From assembly GCA_963703285.1 (NCBI GenBank), contig OY969807.1, forward strand, positions 992,001 through 1,056,000: a stretch of DNA of 64,000 nucleotides, read 5' to 3'. Under the pieces are notes generated by a model. The model was given only the letters and a program-made list of their open reading frames with translations, had not been told where the DNA came from and did no database searches. This stretch comes from an uncultured Nitrososphaerota archaeon. GTDB taxonomy: Archaea > Thermoproteota > Nitrososphaeria > Nitrososphaerales > Gagatemarchaeaceae. Numbering within the stretch: position 1 is the stretch's first letter; the number at the start of each line of letters is the position of its first letter. The position numbers and the translations under genes were made by a program. This document shows, one piece after another, positions 19,448 through 30,239 of the stretch.

Positions 19448-20251
19448 CTAGGCAGGTATCGGTGCGCCCTTGGCCTGGTCGAACATCTCGGAGGCCTCCT
19501 TGACCGTCGCACCTTCATGGACGATGGCCCTGATGGCCCTTATCATCGCGACGGGATGGTCGTTCTGCCAGATGTTCCTGCCCATGTCTACGCCAATGGC
19601 TCCGTACTGGAGGGCGTCGTGGGCGAGCTGGAAGGCGTCAACCTCCGTCTCCAGTTTCGGACCTCCGGCGACGACCAGTGGCACCGGACAGCCCTCGACT
19701 ACCTTCGCGAAGCCTTCACAATAGTAGGTCTTGACGACGTGCGCTCCTATCTCCGCCGAGACCCTGCACGCGAGGGCCAGGTACCTTGCGTCCCGCTTCT
19801 CGAGCTCCTTGCCGACCGCGGTGATCGCCATGACTGGCATGCCTCTCTCCTCACCCTCGTCCACGAGCTTGGCAAGGTTGAGCAGCGTCTGCCTCTCGTG
19901 GGCTGTCCCCACGAACACCGATATCGAGACCGCGGAGGCGTTCAGTCGGAGCGCGTCCTTCATGCTCACGGTGATTCCCTCGTCGCTGAGGTCCTGCTGG
20001 AGCACGCTCGTCCCGCCCGAGACCCGCAGGAGTATAGGAACATCCCAGTTGGGGTCCACCGATGTCCTCAGGATGCCCCTGGTGACGGAGAGGGCGTCGG
20101 CGTACCGCACCAACGGCTCGAAGGTCCGTCTGGGAACCTCCAGTCTGCGCGTCGGGCCCATGAAGTAGCCGTGGTCGCAGGCCAGCATAACGGACCGTCC
20201 ATCGGCGGGCTTGATCATGCGTCCTAGCCTGTTCTTCAGGCCCCAATCCAT
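19448..20251 (-). CDS. lsrF: LsrF-like thiolase / class I aldolase
   Basis: MDWGLKNRL, DHGYFMGP, VKTYY, AGGPK, GVDMGRNIWQ. Confidence 0.85.
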   Translation of the reverse strand: MDWGLKNRLGRMIKPADGRSVMLACDHGYFMGPTRRLEVPRRTFEPLVRYADALSVTRGILRTSVDPNWDVPILLRVSGGTSVLQQDLSDEGITVSMKDALRLNASAVSISVFVGTAHERQTLLNLAKLVDEGEERGMPVMAITAVGKELEKRDARYLALACRVSAEIGAHVVKTYYCEGFAKVVEGCPVPLVVAGGPKLETEVDAFQLAHDALQYGAIGVDMGRNIWQNDHPVAMIRAIRAIVHEGATVKEASEMFDQAKGAPIPA

Positions 20252-20408
20252 CTTTACACTTGCACCTTCGAAGCAAAATCGAACCTAGGCGATATATGTC
20301 CTTCGTTTTCCCGCCTCACGGGACCGCGAGGGCAGGTCCGGCGGGGCGCTTTCGCTTCGCCTTGGACCGACAACAATAAACGAAAGGAGAGACGTGGAAG
20401 GCGCAAGC

Positions 20409-21398
20409 ATGGCTGCTGCTGCGAAACGGCGCAAGTCTGCTGCGACCGCTAGGGAGGAGAGCGTCAACGCGCGAATCACGGAGGCTGAATTCGACACTCT
20501 GTTCCACGATGTGTCGAACTGGGGCCGGTGGGGCGAGGGCGACGAGAGGGGGACACTCAACTACCTGACACCCGGCCTCATCAAGAGCGCCGCAATGCTC
20601 GTACGGTCCGGGCGGACGGTCTCTATGTCCAGGCCCATCGACACGGTCTCGGCGGCGGACAACCCAAAGCCGGCCATCCACCACATGACGCAGGGCTTCG
20701 ACGCCCTCTCCGATTCGGGAGAGCCGAAGTTCGTCTCGGATTTCTTGGGGTGCGAGTGTCACGGGTATGCGCATTCCCACATGGACGCCCTCTGTCACGT
20801 GGCCTACAAGGGAAGGCTCTACAACAACAGGGCTCTCTCGATCGTAACGACCAAGGGGGCCAAGGAGATGGACATCACGCAGTATGCCGACGGGGTGGTC
20901 GGGCGCGGCGTGCTTCTGGACATGCCCAAGCTCAGAGGATATCGATGGCTCGAGCCCGGGGACGCCGTAACCTCAGAGGACCTGGAGTCGGCCGAGAGGG
21001 CCGAGGGGGTGAGACTGGGCGAAGGAGACCTCATGGTGTTCAGGACGGGGCTACCCCTTCGGCGCAAGGAGCTCGGACGGTGGGACACGGACCACGGGGG
21101 ACAAGGCAGGGCGGGGCTCCACCCGACCGCGATGCGACTCCTCCACGACAGAAAGATAGCGGCGTTTCTCTCTGATGGTGACGGGGAGACGGTCCCGGGT
21201 TCGGTCGAAGGCGTGGCGCACCCTGTCCACGCGCTGCAAATCTGCGCCATGGGCCTCGCCTGCGTCGACGGCCTGCAACTCGAGGAGGTCGCGCGGGTCT
21301 GCGAGGAGCGAAAGAGCTGGGAGTTCACGGTCTCCCTCGCCCCCCTGAGGCTTCCTCGTGGGACCGGATCTCTGGTCAATCCGATAGCAATCTTCTGA
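20409..21398 (+). CDS. cyclase-family metal-dependent hydrolase
   Basis: NWGRWG.DERGTLN, SHMDALCH, GTGSLVNPIAIF. Confidence 0.9.
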   Translation: MAAAAKRRKSAATAREESVNARITEAEFDTLFHDVSNWGRWGEGDERGTLNYLTPGLIKSAAMLVRSGRTVSMSRPIDTVSAADNPKPAIHHMTQGFDALSDSGEPKFVSDFLGCECHGYAHSHMDALCHVAYKGRLYNNRALSIVTTKGAKEMDITQYADGVVGRGVLLDMPKLRGYRWLEPGDAVTSEDLESAERAEGVRLGEGDLMVFRTGLPLRRKELGRWDTDHGGQGRAGLHPTAMRLLHDRKIAAFLSDGDGETVPGSVEGVAHPVHALQICAMGLACVDGLQLEEVARVCEERKSWEFTVSLAPLRLPRGTGSLVNPIAIF

Positions 21399-21489
21399 AC
21401 GAGAAGGGCCGCTCTCGGGGCCGGAGCGGGGGCAGCCCCGCTGCGGAAGACTAAAGAACGAATCCGGGTGGGTCAGGCACAGATCGAGG

Positions 21490-22395
21490 GTGAGCGCGTC
21501 CAAGGTCTCCGACCATGTCTACATGATCGACACCGTCGCGCTTGGCTTCCCGGGGACGGTGGCAGCCTACCTTCTGAAGGGGTCCAAGCTCGCGCTCGTG
21601 GACTGCGGCTACGCGACCTCCGCCGAGACCGTGCTGGAGGCGCTCAGGGCCATCGGAGTCGCCCCCTCAGAGGTGGACTACCTCATCCCCACGCACGTCC
21701 ACCTGGACCACGCCGGCGCTGCCGGGTTCCTCATCAGGCACATGCCCAGGGCGACCGTCATCGCCCAGGAGCGCGGGGTTCCACATCTAGTCGACCCTAC
21801 GCGATTGATTAAGAGCGCGACGAGTGTCTTCGGCGAGGCAACCATCGACACCTATGGAAGGCCGATCGGCATCGACGAGCGGAGGATCGTCTCTGTGGGG
21901 GAGGAGCTGCACATCGACCTGGGCGGTCTCTCGTTCACGGCGCTCCACTCGCCAGGGCACGCGCCGCATCAGATGTCAATCTTCGTCGAGGGCGAGAGGG
22001 TCCTCGTCTCGGCGGATGCCGTCGGGATAGTCTATCCGAACGTGCCGATCCTCATCCCGACGACCCCCCCGCCTAGCCTAGACCCCTTGGAGCTAGCCCG
22101 CACTACGGAGAAGCTCGGCCAGCTCGATGCGCAGACCCTGCTCGCGCCGCACTTCGGGGTGCGGAAGGACGTCCGGGAGGTCCTCGAAGCAACGAGAAAG
22201 AAGACCGGGGAGTGGGTCGCGACGGTGAGGTCGCTGAGGGCTTCGGGCCGCACGCTCGACGAGGTGGCAGCGGCGCTGAGAAGCGAGGTTGCCGAGGCAT
22301 CGGGGGTGAGGGAGGAAAGCCTCCCGGCCTACGCGGACGTCTCCATAAGGGCGAGTGCCATGGGAATCCTGCACTACCTCGAGAAGAACCCCTAG
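21490..22395 (+). CDS. MBL-fold metallo-hydrolase
   Basis: THVHLDHAG, PGHAPH, and the terminal HFG motif. Confidence 0.9.
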   Translation: MSASKVSDHVYMIDTVALGFPGTVAAYLLKGSKLALVDCGYATSAETVLEALRAIGVAPSEVDYLIPTHVHLDHAGAAGFLIRHMPRATVIAQERGVPHLVDPTRLIKSATSVFGEATIDTYGRPIGIDERRIVSVGEELHIDLGGLSFTALHSPGHAPHQMSIFVEGERVLVSADAVGIVYPNVPILIPTTPPPSLDPLELARTTEKLGQLDAQTLLAPHFGVRKDVREVLEATRKKTGEWVATVRSLRASGRTLDEVAAALRSEVAEASGVREESLPAYADVSIRASAMGILHYLEKNP

Positions 22396-22544
22396 GATGT
22401 ACCTCCTCCTGCCTCGGTTCCGGCAGAAGCCGGTGAACTGGCACGACCGCCTCTGCATGCGACTTGGTCGGCGATTGCGGCTGCTCTCTTTCGCTCGGAT
22501 GGCCCCTAGAGAACTTTAAGAGACTTTTCAGGAGTGCAGGGGTC

Positions 22545-23066
22545 ATGGTCACTGACAGGAAGTTCGCCGCCTTCAGCAACAAGGCAGTCCCCCCGAGGAT
22601 GAAGAAGATGCCCGAGGGCGGAATGTGCATCTCCGCGTTCGTGATTGTCTCCAAGCGAAGCGACCCAGAGAGCGTCCTCATGGGGAAGATAGACAAGAAC
22701 GGGAACTGGGACCACATAGGCGCGCTGGACTCGAAGAGGGTGGAGCGACTCAGCGGCGGTTGGATGCTTCCCTCTTCGCACCTGATGCTCTACGAGACAC
22801 CCGAGGGGGCGGCGAGGAGAATCCTCAGGGAACAGCTGGGCATAAGGGACATGAGGCTCGACGGCCCGCTTACGTTCGTCGACACCTCAGGGACCGAGAA
22901 TCACTGGGACATTGGGTTCATCTACGCCGGCACCCGAGACTCTCCGCCGAAGAGCCCAGCCTGGCGCGAACTCCGCTTCGTCAACCCCAACGAGCTTGGA
23001 GCGGACGATGTGGTCCGTTCGCAGATCGACGTCCTGGCGTACGCAGGCAAGCGGAAGACACAGTAA
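22545..23066 (+). CDS. NUDIX hydrolase
   Basis: WMLPSSHLMLYETPEGAARRILREQLG, a Nudix-like box. Confidence 0.7.
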   Translation: MVTDRKFAAFSNKAVPPRMKKMPEGGMCISAFVIVSKRSDPESVLMGKIDKNGNWDHIGALDSKRVERLSGGWMLPSSHLMLYETPEGAARRILREQLGIRDMRLDGPLTFVDTSGTENHWDIGFIYAGTRDSPPKSPAWRELRFVNPNELGADDVVRSQIDVLAYAGKRKTQ

Positions 23067-23135
23067 GACTCCCGGTAAGAGCCTAGTCCAGAAGGTGCGG
23101 GGATCCCACGTTATCAGTGGGATCCGACGGGTGGC

Positions 23136-24810
23136 CTACTCGAAGTCGCCGCCGCCCATGCCGCCCATCCCTCCCGCTCCGGGAGGTGGGCCGGACGGAC
23201 CCTTGGACTTGCCGGACGCTATGACGTCGTCAATCCTCAGGATCATGCAGGCAGCCTCTGTGGCAGACCTGATTATCTGCTCCTTGACTGCGAGAGGCTC
23301 GACCACCGATTCCCTGTGCATGTCCATTACCTTGCCTTGCTTGGCCTCTATGCCGAACCACTTCCCACCCTCCTGCGCGTGCTTCGCCCTTATCTCGACC
23401 ATGGTGTCGATGGGGTCTAGGCCCGCGTTGGTCAGCAAGCGCGACGGGGATCGTCTCCAGCGCCTCCGCGAACTTCTGTGCGGCTAGCTGTTCCCTGCCG
23501 GAGAGTGTGTCGGTCCACTTCAGAATCCTCGCAGCCATCTCGGCCTCGGGGGCGCCTCCTCCGGCCACTATCGCTGGCTTCTCGATGACGTCCTTGGTCA
23601 CCATGAGTGCGTCGTGCAGAGAGCGCTCCGCCTCATCCACGATTCTCTGCGTTCCACCCCTCACCACGATGGTGACCGCCTTGGGGTTCTTCGTCCCTTC
23701 GATGAAGACCCACTTGTCCTGTTCTATCTTCCGCTCCTCTACCAGATCGGCGTGACCGAGGTCCTTCTCCGAGAGATCCTCGAAGTTGTTTGCGATGCGA
23801 GCTCCTGTCGCCTTTGCTAGGTTAGTCATGTCGCTCTCCTTCACGCGCCTGACGGCGAGAATCCCGGCCTTGGCGAGGTAGTGCTGGGCGACGTCGTCCA
23901 GCCCCTTCTGGCAGATGAGCACGTTCGCCCCGATGGAGACGACCTTGTCGACCATCTCCTTTAGCATGTGCGTCTCCTCGTCTAGGAACTTCTTCATCAT
24001 CGACGGGTCGTTGATGTTCAGCTTTGCGTCGAACTCGGTCTTCTCTATCTCGAAGGCGGCGTTGACTATGGCGATCTTGGCGCCCTCGATGCGCTTCGGC
24101 ATGCCCGAGTGCGCGACCTCCTTGTCCAGGACGAAGCCCATGATCAGCTTGGTGTCCTTGAGGGAGCCTCCGGGCTTCTTCTCGACCTTCACGTTGCTGA
24201 TGTCGACCTTGTACCCGGTGCCCGACTTCTCGGAGACCTGTGTCGCCGCTGCGACGACGAGCTCAGCGAGGTCCTGGGCCTCCCGTGAGACCAGCTTGGT
24301 CTGCATGCTGGTCCGCGCGATCTTGACCAGCCATTCCTTGTTGGTAGGGGAGACCTTCTCCGCGAAGTCCCCCAAAAATTCGACCGCCTTACGGGCGGCC
24401 TTGTTGTAGCCTTCGACGATGACCGTGGGATGAACGCCCTTGTCGATGAGCTCCTCCGCCTTCTCCAGGAGCGCTCCCGCGAGTATCACCGCGGAGGTAG
24501 TGCCGTCGCCGACCTCGTTGTCGGTCGCCTTGGAGACCTCTACGAGCATCTTGGCGGCTGGGTGCTGGACGTCGATCTCCTTGAGCATCGTCGCGCCGTC
24601 GTTGGTGATGGTGACGTCGCCGAGCGAGTCGACTAGCATCTTGTCCATACCGCGGGGTCCTACCGAGGTCTTTACGATCTCGGCGATCAGCTTAGCAGCC
24701 TGAATGTTGTTCCTCTGAGCTTCCTTGCCCTTCGACTGGTTGCTCCCCTCCTTCAGTATGAGAATGGGAGTGCCGCCAGATGTCATGGCAGGAATGGCCG
24801 TTGTTGACAT
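23136..24810 (-). CDS. ths: thermosome (group II chaperonin) subunit, frameshifted at ~23432
   Basis: [24 protein letters not shown], and the LRIDD...GGMGGM tail. One extra base before NAGLDP. Confidence 0.95.
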
Positions 24811-24834
24811 ATTTTCCTATAACACCACGCCAAC

Positions 24835-24860
24835 TATACAACTTCGAGTTGTATATAAAA
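24835..24860 (-). promoter_or_regulatory. thermosome promoter: TATA box overlapped by a perfect 9-bp inverted repeat
   Basis: TATACAACT-TCG-AGTTGTATA (24835-24855) overlaps TTTTATATA on the minus strand. Confidence 0.7.
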
Positions 24861-24947
24861 AATTCGGATTCCGGGACGCTCGGGCTGCCGGGACGAGCGC
24901 AGGGACGAGCGGGAAACTAATAATCATCGACCCCGGGCCACCCTACC

Positions 24948-26249
24948 TTGAGCTTCGGGTCTGCCCAGTCTTACGTCGCGCTCGCGATATTCGTCGCGAC
25001 GTACGCCGGTCTCGTCCTGAGGAACGTTCGAAGAACCGCAGTCCCAATCTGGCTGATCTTCCTCGCCGGCGCCGCGGCGATGGTCCTCTCCGGCTCGATC
25101 ACCGTCGGTGGGGCGTACGCGGCGGTGAACCTGCAGGTGATCGTCTTCCTCTTCAGCATGTTCGTTCTCGTGACGGCCCTCGACATGTCGGGGGCGCTGG
25201 AGGGCTTTGCCGCGAGGTTCCTGAGGAGAGCGAGACGACCGGAGGACGTCCTCTACCTGAGCTTCTTTGCGTTCGCATTCCTCTCAATGGCACTGATGAA
25301 CGACACCCTAGCCCTGATGGGGACGCCGATCATGATAACCCTAGCCAAGAGGATGAGGATGCCTGTCGCGCCGCTCCTGCTCTGCCTGGCATTCGCCGTC
25401 ACGATTGGCAGCGCCGCAACGCCGATGGGAAATCCGCAGAACCTTCTCATCGCGGTCTCGAGCGGCCTTGACGCGCCGGTTCTGCAGTTCGCGTACTACC
25501 TCCTGGTGCCTGTGCTCCTCGATATGGTCGCGACGGCTCTCATCCTGAGGTACATGTTCCGGCGCGAACTCGCCTCGGCCTCGCTCCCGGTGTCGGATGC
25601 TCCCGATGAGCTCCGGGTCGGAAGCGGAGACAAATCCCTCGCGAGGAAGGCCATCGCCGTGGTCGTCCTGACGTTGTCGGGGATCCTTCTCGTCAACACC
25701 GTCTCGGCCTTCGGCATCAGCGAGCCCTTCGGGATAAGCGAGGTATCGTTCTTCGGCGCAGTGCTGCTGCTTGGGATAAGCGGGCTCCCGCGAGAAATCC
25801 TGGAACGGCTAGACTGGGGGATTCTTGTAATGTTCGCCGGGCTCTTCATCCTCATGCAGGCCGTCTCGGATAACGGCATCATCTCCTCGATAGCCGGATA
25901 TCTTCCCTCCATCAGCCCTGGCCATCCCGCAGCCGCGGTCTCGTCGATACTCGCTTCATCGGTCGTCCTGAGCCAGGTTCTCAGCAACGTCCCCATGGTC
26001 GCTTTGTACATACCCATAATGAAATCGCTCGGTTTCGGTGGGGGAGCGGCCTTCGCCTGGTCGGCCCTCGCCGGCGGCAGCACTCTCGCGGGCAACCTCA
26101 CGCTCCTCGGGGCTGCGAGCAATCTGATAATCGCACAGGTCGCCGAGAAGCGCGGCCACCGGTTCGGCTTCCTGGAGTTCATGAGGGTAGGCGTCATAAT
26201 CACGATCGTCGATGTCGGAATCCTCTACGCCTACCTGCTCGTCGTCTGA
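24948..26249 (+). CDS. ArsB/NhaD (SLC13/CitMHS-like) anion permease
   Basis: GSAATPMGNPQN, SQVLSNVP, AGNLTLLGAASNLI; many TM helices. Confidence 0.88.
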   Translation: MSFGSAQSYVALAIFVATYAGLVLRNVRRTAVPIWLIFLAGAAAMVLSGSITVGGAYAAVNLQVIVFLFSMFVLVTALDMSGALEGFAARFLRRARRPEDVLYLSFFAFAFLSMALMNDTLALMGTPIMITLAKRMRMPVAPLLLCLAFAVTIGSAATPMGNPQNLLIAVSSGLDAPVLQFAYYLLVPVLLDMVATALILRYMFRRELASASLPVSDAPDELRVGSGDKSLARKAIAVVVLTLSGILLVNTVSAFGISEPFGISEVSFFGAVLLLGISGLPREILERLDWGILVMFAGLFILMQAVSDNGIISSIAGYLPSISPGHPAAAVSSILASSVVLSQVLSNVPMVALYIPIMKSLGFGGGAAFAWSALAGGSTLAGNLTLLGAASNLIIAQVAEKRGHRFGFLEFMRVGVIITIVDVGILYAYLLVV

Positions 26250-26265
26250 AACTCGCCCCGAGGGC

Positions 26266-26547
26266 TCACTTTTCGCGCTTCTCAATCTCACCCGCCAGCT
26301 TGAGGTCCAGCGGGGTGATGCCACCTTCGTCGTGGGTCTGAATCTCAAGCCGGACCGTCGTCCACCTGATGTGGATATCGGGATGGTGGTCCATCTTCTC
26401 GGCTATGGCGGCGACCTCGTTCACGAACCGGATGCCATCCATGAACTCCTCGAATTGGAACTCCTTCACTATGAAGTTGCCCCTCCTCTTCCATCCCGGC
26501 AGGTTGCGAATCTTCCTGTCGACCTCCGCGGCTTTCAGCTTGGTCAT
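26266..26547 (-). CDS. pterin-4-alpha-carbinolamine dehydratase
   Basis: AEKMDHHPDI and THDEGGIT motifs. Confidence 0.92.
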   Translation of the reverse strand: MTKLKAAEVDRKIRNLPGWKRRGNFIVKEFQFEEFMDGIRFVNEVAAIAEKMDHHPDIHIRWTTVRLEIQTHDEGGITPLDLKLAGEIEKREK

Positions 26548-26603
26548 CACCCGCACTTCTGGGCGCCGGAGATTAAAGGGATGCGCCGTGGTCGGCTCTC
26601 GTT

Positions 26604-26996
26604 TTGAGCGGAAGGACAATCGCTCTTGACTCGGCACGATTAACGGGCCCCGGTGAGCCTGTTCCCGTGAAAGATAGAGCGAGGCTAGCGAAGGCCATGG
26701 TCGGCTCCGTCTCCAGAAGGTCGGACGACCTCGTCGGCGCGTCGGCCGCTCTGGGTGACCCTGGGACGAGGGAGGCACTGAGGTCGGTAGTCGCGCCGCC
26801 AAACATCACGAAGACGCTCAGGAACGCGGGTGTTGTCCTGCTCATAGCGCCAGACCCCATCACAGGAATCGGGGGGGCCGCGCTCCTGGGAGCGTCCTAT
26901 GCCACGAAGCGTGGGGAGCCCGCAAACCTGCAGTCCTTGGCGAGAGAGGCGGCGAAGACCGCCCAGATTGTCCGCGACCTGCAGTCTCTTCTCTGA
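26604..26996 (+). CDS. hypothetical protein
   Basis: ORF fills the gap; AGVVLLIAPDPITGIGGAALLG hydrophobic hairpin. Confidence 0.55.
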   Translation: MSGRTIALDSARLTGPGEPVPVKDRARLAKAMVGSVSRRSDDLVGASAALGDPGTREALRSVVAPPNITKTLRNAGVVLLIAPDPITGIGGAALLGASYATKRGEPANLQSLAREAAKTAQIVRDLQSLL

Positions 26997-27046
26997 CCTC
27001 CAGACAATTCTTAAGAAGACCGCGGTAGATTCCCCTGCAGTCGTCC

Positions 27047-27349
27047 ATGGACGTGAAACCGAGCAAGGGGTTGAAGGTGAAGGTCAGCGCGACGCGGGAA
27101 GCAGTCTTCGGGGAAGACGGGGTGGAGGTTAAGAAGGTCTCGACGCACGCGGGTGGGAAGGCCTCAGGGGCGATGACGGGGCGGACGCTGGTCGGGTACG
27201 CCGAGGTCGAGATGGCGCAACCCGACGGTAGCAAGCACTGGTATCCGGTCGACCAGCTCTTGACCGAGAACGGCGACAGGGTGGTCGAGGAGGAGATACC
27301 CATCCAGGTCGAGGAAGACGGCTCCGATGGCGCGGAAGAGGAAGAATGA
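27047..27349 (+). CDS. hypothetical protein (SH3-like beta, acidic tail)
   Basis: Host-like codon usage; TTAAG TATA-like box ~35 nt upstream. Confidence 0.6.
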   Translation: MDVKPSKGLKVKVSATREAVFGEDGVEVKKVSTHAGGKASGAMTGRTLVGYAEVEMAQPDGSKHWYPVDQLLTENGDRVVEEEIPIQVEEDGSDGAEEEE

Positions 27350-27409
27350 ATCCGTGATGACGAGAGAGGGCCCATAACCTAAAATCTGGTCTCGGCGCTG
27401 CAAAGGCGC

Positions 27410-28378
27410 TTGAGTAGTTTGGACGGGAGAAGCCTCCCCCGTGTGGAGGAGATCGAAGCCGCGGCGGGGAGGATCCAGGGGGTCGCATCTCGCACCCCTC
27501 TCGTGGACTCGCCGGGCCTCTCGAAGAGGTTCGGACGGAAGGTGTACCTCAAGCTGGAGTGCTTCCAGCCGATTCGTGTGTTCAAGATCAGGGGTGCCTA
27601 CAACAAGCTCTCGCAGGTGGATGCGAAGGAGGTCATAGCCGTGTCGTCCGGGAACCACGGAATAGCGGTGGCTTATTCGGCCCGCGCCCTAGGCAAGAAG
27701 TGCACGGTCATCCTTCCCGAGAACCCCGTCAAGGAGAAGGCCGACGCCATCGCCGAGTACGGCGCAGAGGTAGTGAGGTTCGGGAAGTACCACAACGAAA
27801 GGGAGGAGAAGGCCAGGGAGATGGTGAAGGCGACGGGAGCGGCCCTCATCCACCCGTTCAATGACTTCGACGTCATCGCAGGGCAGGGGACGTGCGGGCT
27901 GGAGATCGCTGAGCAGCGGGCGGACATCGACTCGGTCATCGTGCCCGTCGGAGGCGGCGGGCTGATATCGGGAGTCTCAATCGCGATGAAGGCCAAGAAC
28001 CCGAAGGCGCGGATATTCGGGGTCGAGCCGGCGAGCGCGGCGAAGCTCACCGCCTCCATGAAGGCGGGCAGACTCGTGAGCGTCGACGACCCCCACTCGA
28101 TAGCCGACGGCCTGATTCCTCCGTCCGTCGGGGACCTGACCTACAGGGCGTGCAAGGAGAACGTAAGCGGCGTCTTCACCGTGAGCGAGGACGGTATAAT
28201 GGAAGCGATGAGACTGATGATGAGGGAAGCCAGGATCTTCCCCGAGCCTTCAGGTGCGGCCCCCCTCGCCGCGCTCCTCGAGGCCCCCGACGCGGATAAG
28301 CTCGGAGAGACGGTCGTTCTGATAGTCTCCGGGGGGAACGTCTCGCAGAGGCTCCTCGGTCAGATTCTCGCCTCCTGA
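27410..28378 (+). CDS. threonine/serine dehydratase (PLP fold II)
   Basis: FKIRGA, SSGNHG, PVGGGGLISG, SGGN. No regulatory domain. Confidence 0.92.
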   Translation: MSSLDGRSLPRVEEIEAAAGRIQGVASRTPLVDSPGLSKRFGRKVYLKLECFQPIRVFKIRGAYNKLSQVDAKEVIAVSSGNHGIAVAYSARALGKKCTVILPENPVKEKADAIAEYGAEVVRFGKYHNEREEKAREMVKATGAALIHPFNDFDVIAGQGTCGLEIAEQRADIDSVIVPVGGGGLISGVSIAMKAKNPKARIFGVEPASAAKLTASMKAGRLVSVDDPHSIADGLIPPSVGDLTYRACKENVSGVFTVSEDGIMEAMRLMMREARIFPEPSGAAPLAALLEAPDADKLGETVVLIVSGGNVSQRLLGQILAS

Positions 28379-28471
28379 CCGAGTCAGACGGACGCGTCTG
28401 GCCCCCCTCACGCGCTGGAGGCTCTTCGGGGTATCGTTGTTTATAAGACGACCCAATGTCTCGGGCCGACG

Positions 28472-30239
28472 ATGTCGAGCGAGATAGCCAACAAGCTCTC
28501 GGAGCAGACCAGAGGACTCGTTTCGAGGTTCGAAGTGAAGGTCGCGGGTTTCGGCGGCAGGGACGACCTGCTCGGGCTACTGAAGTCGCTCGACCGCGAC
28601 GCCGCCAGCGCTTTCGCCCGAGGTTACTTCGGCGAGGGCGAACACCTCGCCATAGGCATCGACGGCTCGCGGGATTTCGACGAGAGGCTCCAGATGATGC
28701 TATTCTACGCCAATGCTACGGGATACTCGTGCCCCTTCCACGTCGACCGGGGGGTGACCTTCGACCTGGCAAAGGCAAGGAGGGAGGGCCGGCTCTCGGC
28801 GTCGGCAGCCATCCCTCTCTGGGCGGAGGATTTCTCCGATGTGATGCCAGACCTGCCCGAAGTCGAGCTGGAACTCGAGTACACGATGCAGAGGATCCCG
28901 AACGCCTTCATGACGCTGGCTGAGCTCTACCTAGGGTTGAAGGCTACCGAGAAGGCAAGGATCGTCTTCATGGACAGGCCCCTCTCGGGGACCTACTCGA
29001 CTCTCGCCAGGGACGCGAGGCTGCTCATCAAGACGGGGAGGACCAACCTCTCTAGGCTCCAGGGACAGGAGGGTCGGAACACGATGATGGACCTCAACCT
29101 TGCGCTGAGCATCGGGCCCCCTTCCGTGGCGATTCCTGACCGAGGGAGATATGCACCGTACAGGGCTCTGCGCGCCCTGATGAGCGGGGAGCTCACCCGG
29201 AGCGAACTCGCGCGGGAGTTCTCCCTCGATGACAGGCAGTTGGCGACGACGCTAAGGGGTCTCAAGAGGATCAACGAGAGGTACTCCGGAGACCTCCTCG
29301 AGGACGAAGGGGAGAGGATCAGAGATCGGAGACGGGGCGAAGGGCTACTGGGAGAATTCCGTCGGGCTCGCGGAGACGTACGCCAAGAGGGTGTACGAAG
29401 GAGGAGAGCCGCCTCTCAACGCGGGAGGTGACGAATGGCTCACAATCCTCGACGTGAACACCATCGCCCTCGTCCTGCTCATGCGGCTCTGCGAGCTCTC
29501 AATCAGGAGGAAGGTCCTCCTCGTGGGCATCGCGAAGGACACTACGGCCACCGACATAAACAGGGCGGTTCTCCCCTTCGCGGCGTCCAAGGGGCTGGTC
29601 GCCCTTAGGGCCGACCCCCCGGGTCTCAACAACGACCGCGCCTTCCTGAGCGTCCTGAGCTCGATGAACCGGAACTTCCAGATACCCTGGAGGACGGCCG
29701 GATACGACTCGGCGTTCTCCACCATCTTCGCTCCCAAGGGGGGCGGGAGGTTCAGGGCAGCCAGGAGGGTGGTGTCCCGCGAGGAGCTGTTCGTCCGCGG
29801 GTACTTCCAGTCGGGCAGCCTGGGCAACAGGGGGAAGATCAGGTCCCAGGTCTTCCTCTTCGACCGGGTGTTCGACCCGTCCTCGGACGGAGGCTCGCTT
29901 AACAGCCTGGAGGTCGAAGAGTCGCACAAGCTGTCCGTGATAACTCCCTACTTCGAGGGAGGGGAGCTCTGCCAGGTGTCGAACATGGTTCTCCACATCC
30001 TCTCACTCACCGACAACCCAGAGGTCTACGAGGCCTTCGGACACAACCAGCTCCTCTACCTGGCCGACAAGGCGGTGAAGTCCGAGATCCGGCTGATGCG
30101 CAGCTCCCTGAGGGGGGTAGCCGACCTAAGGCTCGGCGCAATCGCGAAGCGCGAGCAGGTCTACGGGATCATGACGCCTTATAGAGACCAGCGGTCGGAG
30201 GCGGAGGCGTCGCGCATGAGAGAGGCATCCAGAAGTTGA
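28472..30239 (+). CDS. nurA: NurA-family nuclease (long form), frameshifted at ~29321
   Basis: IGIDGS, VFMDRPL, LVGIAKD, LYLADKAVK; overlaps the herA start. One extra base splits the ORF. Confidence 0.75.

Noticed and set aside
23420-23445. Programmed frameshifting in the thermosome or nurA
   Set aside because: No slippery heptamer or stimulatory structure is evident, and similar indels occur in unrelated genes.
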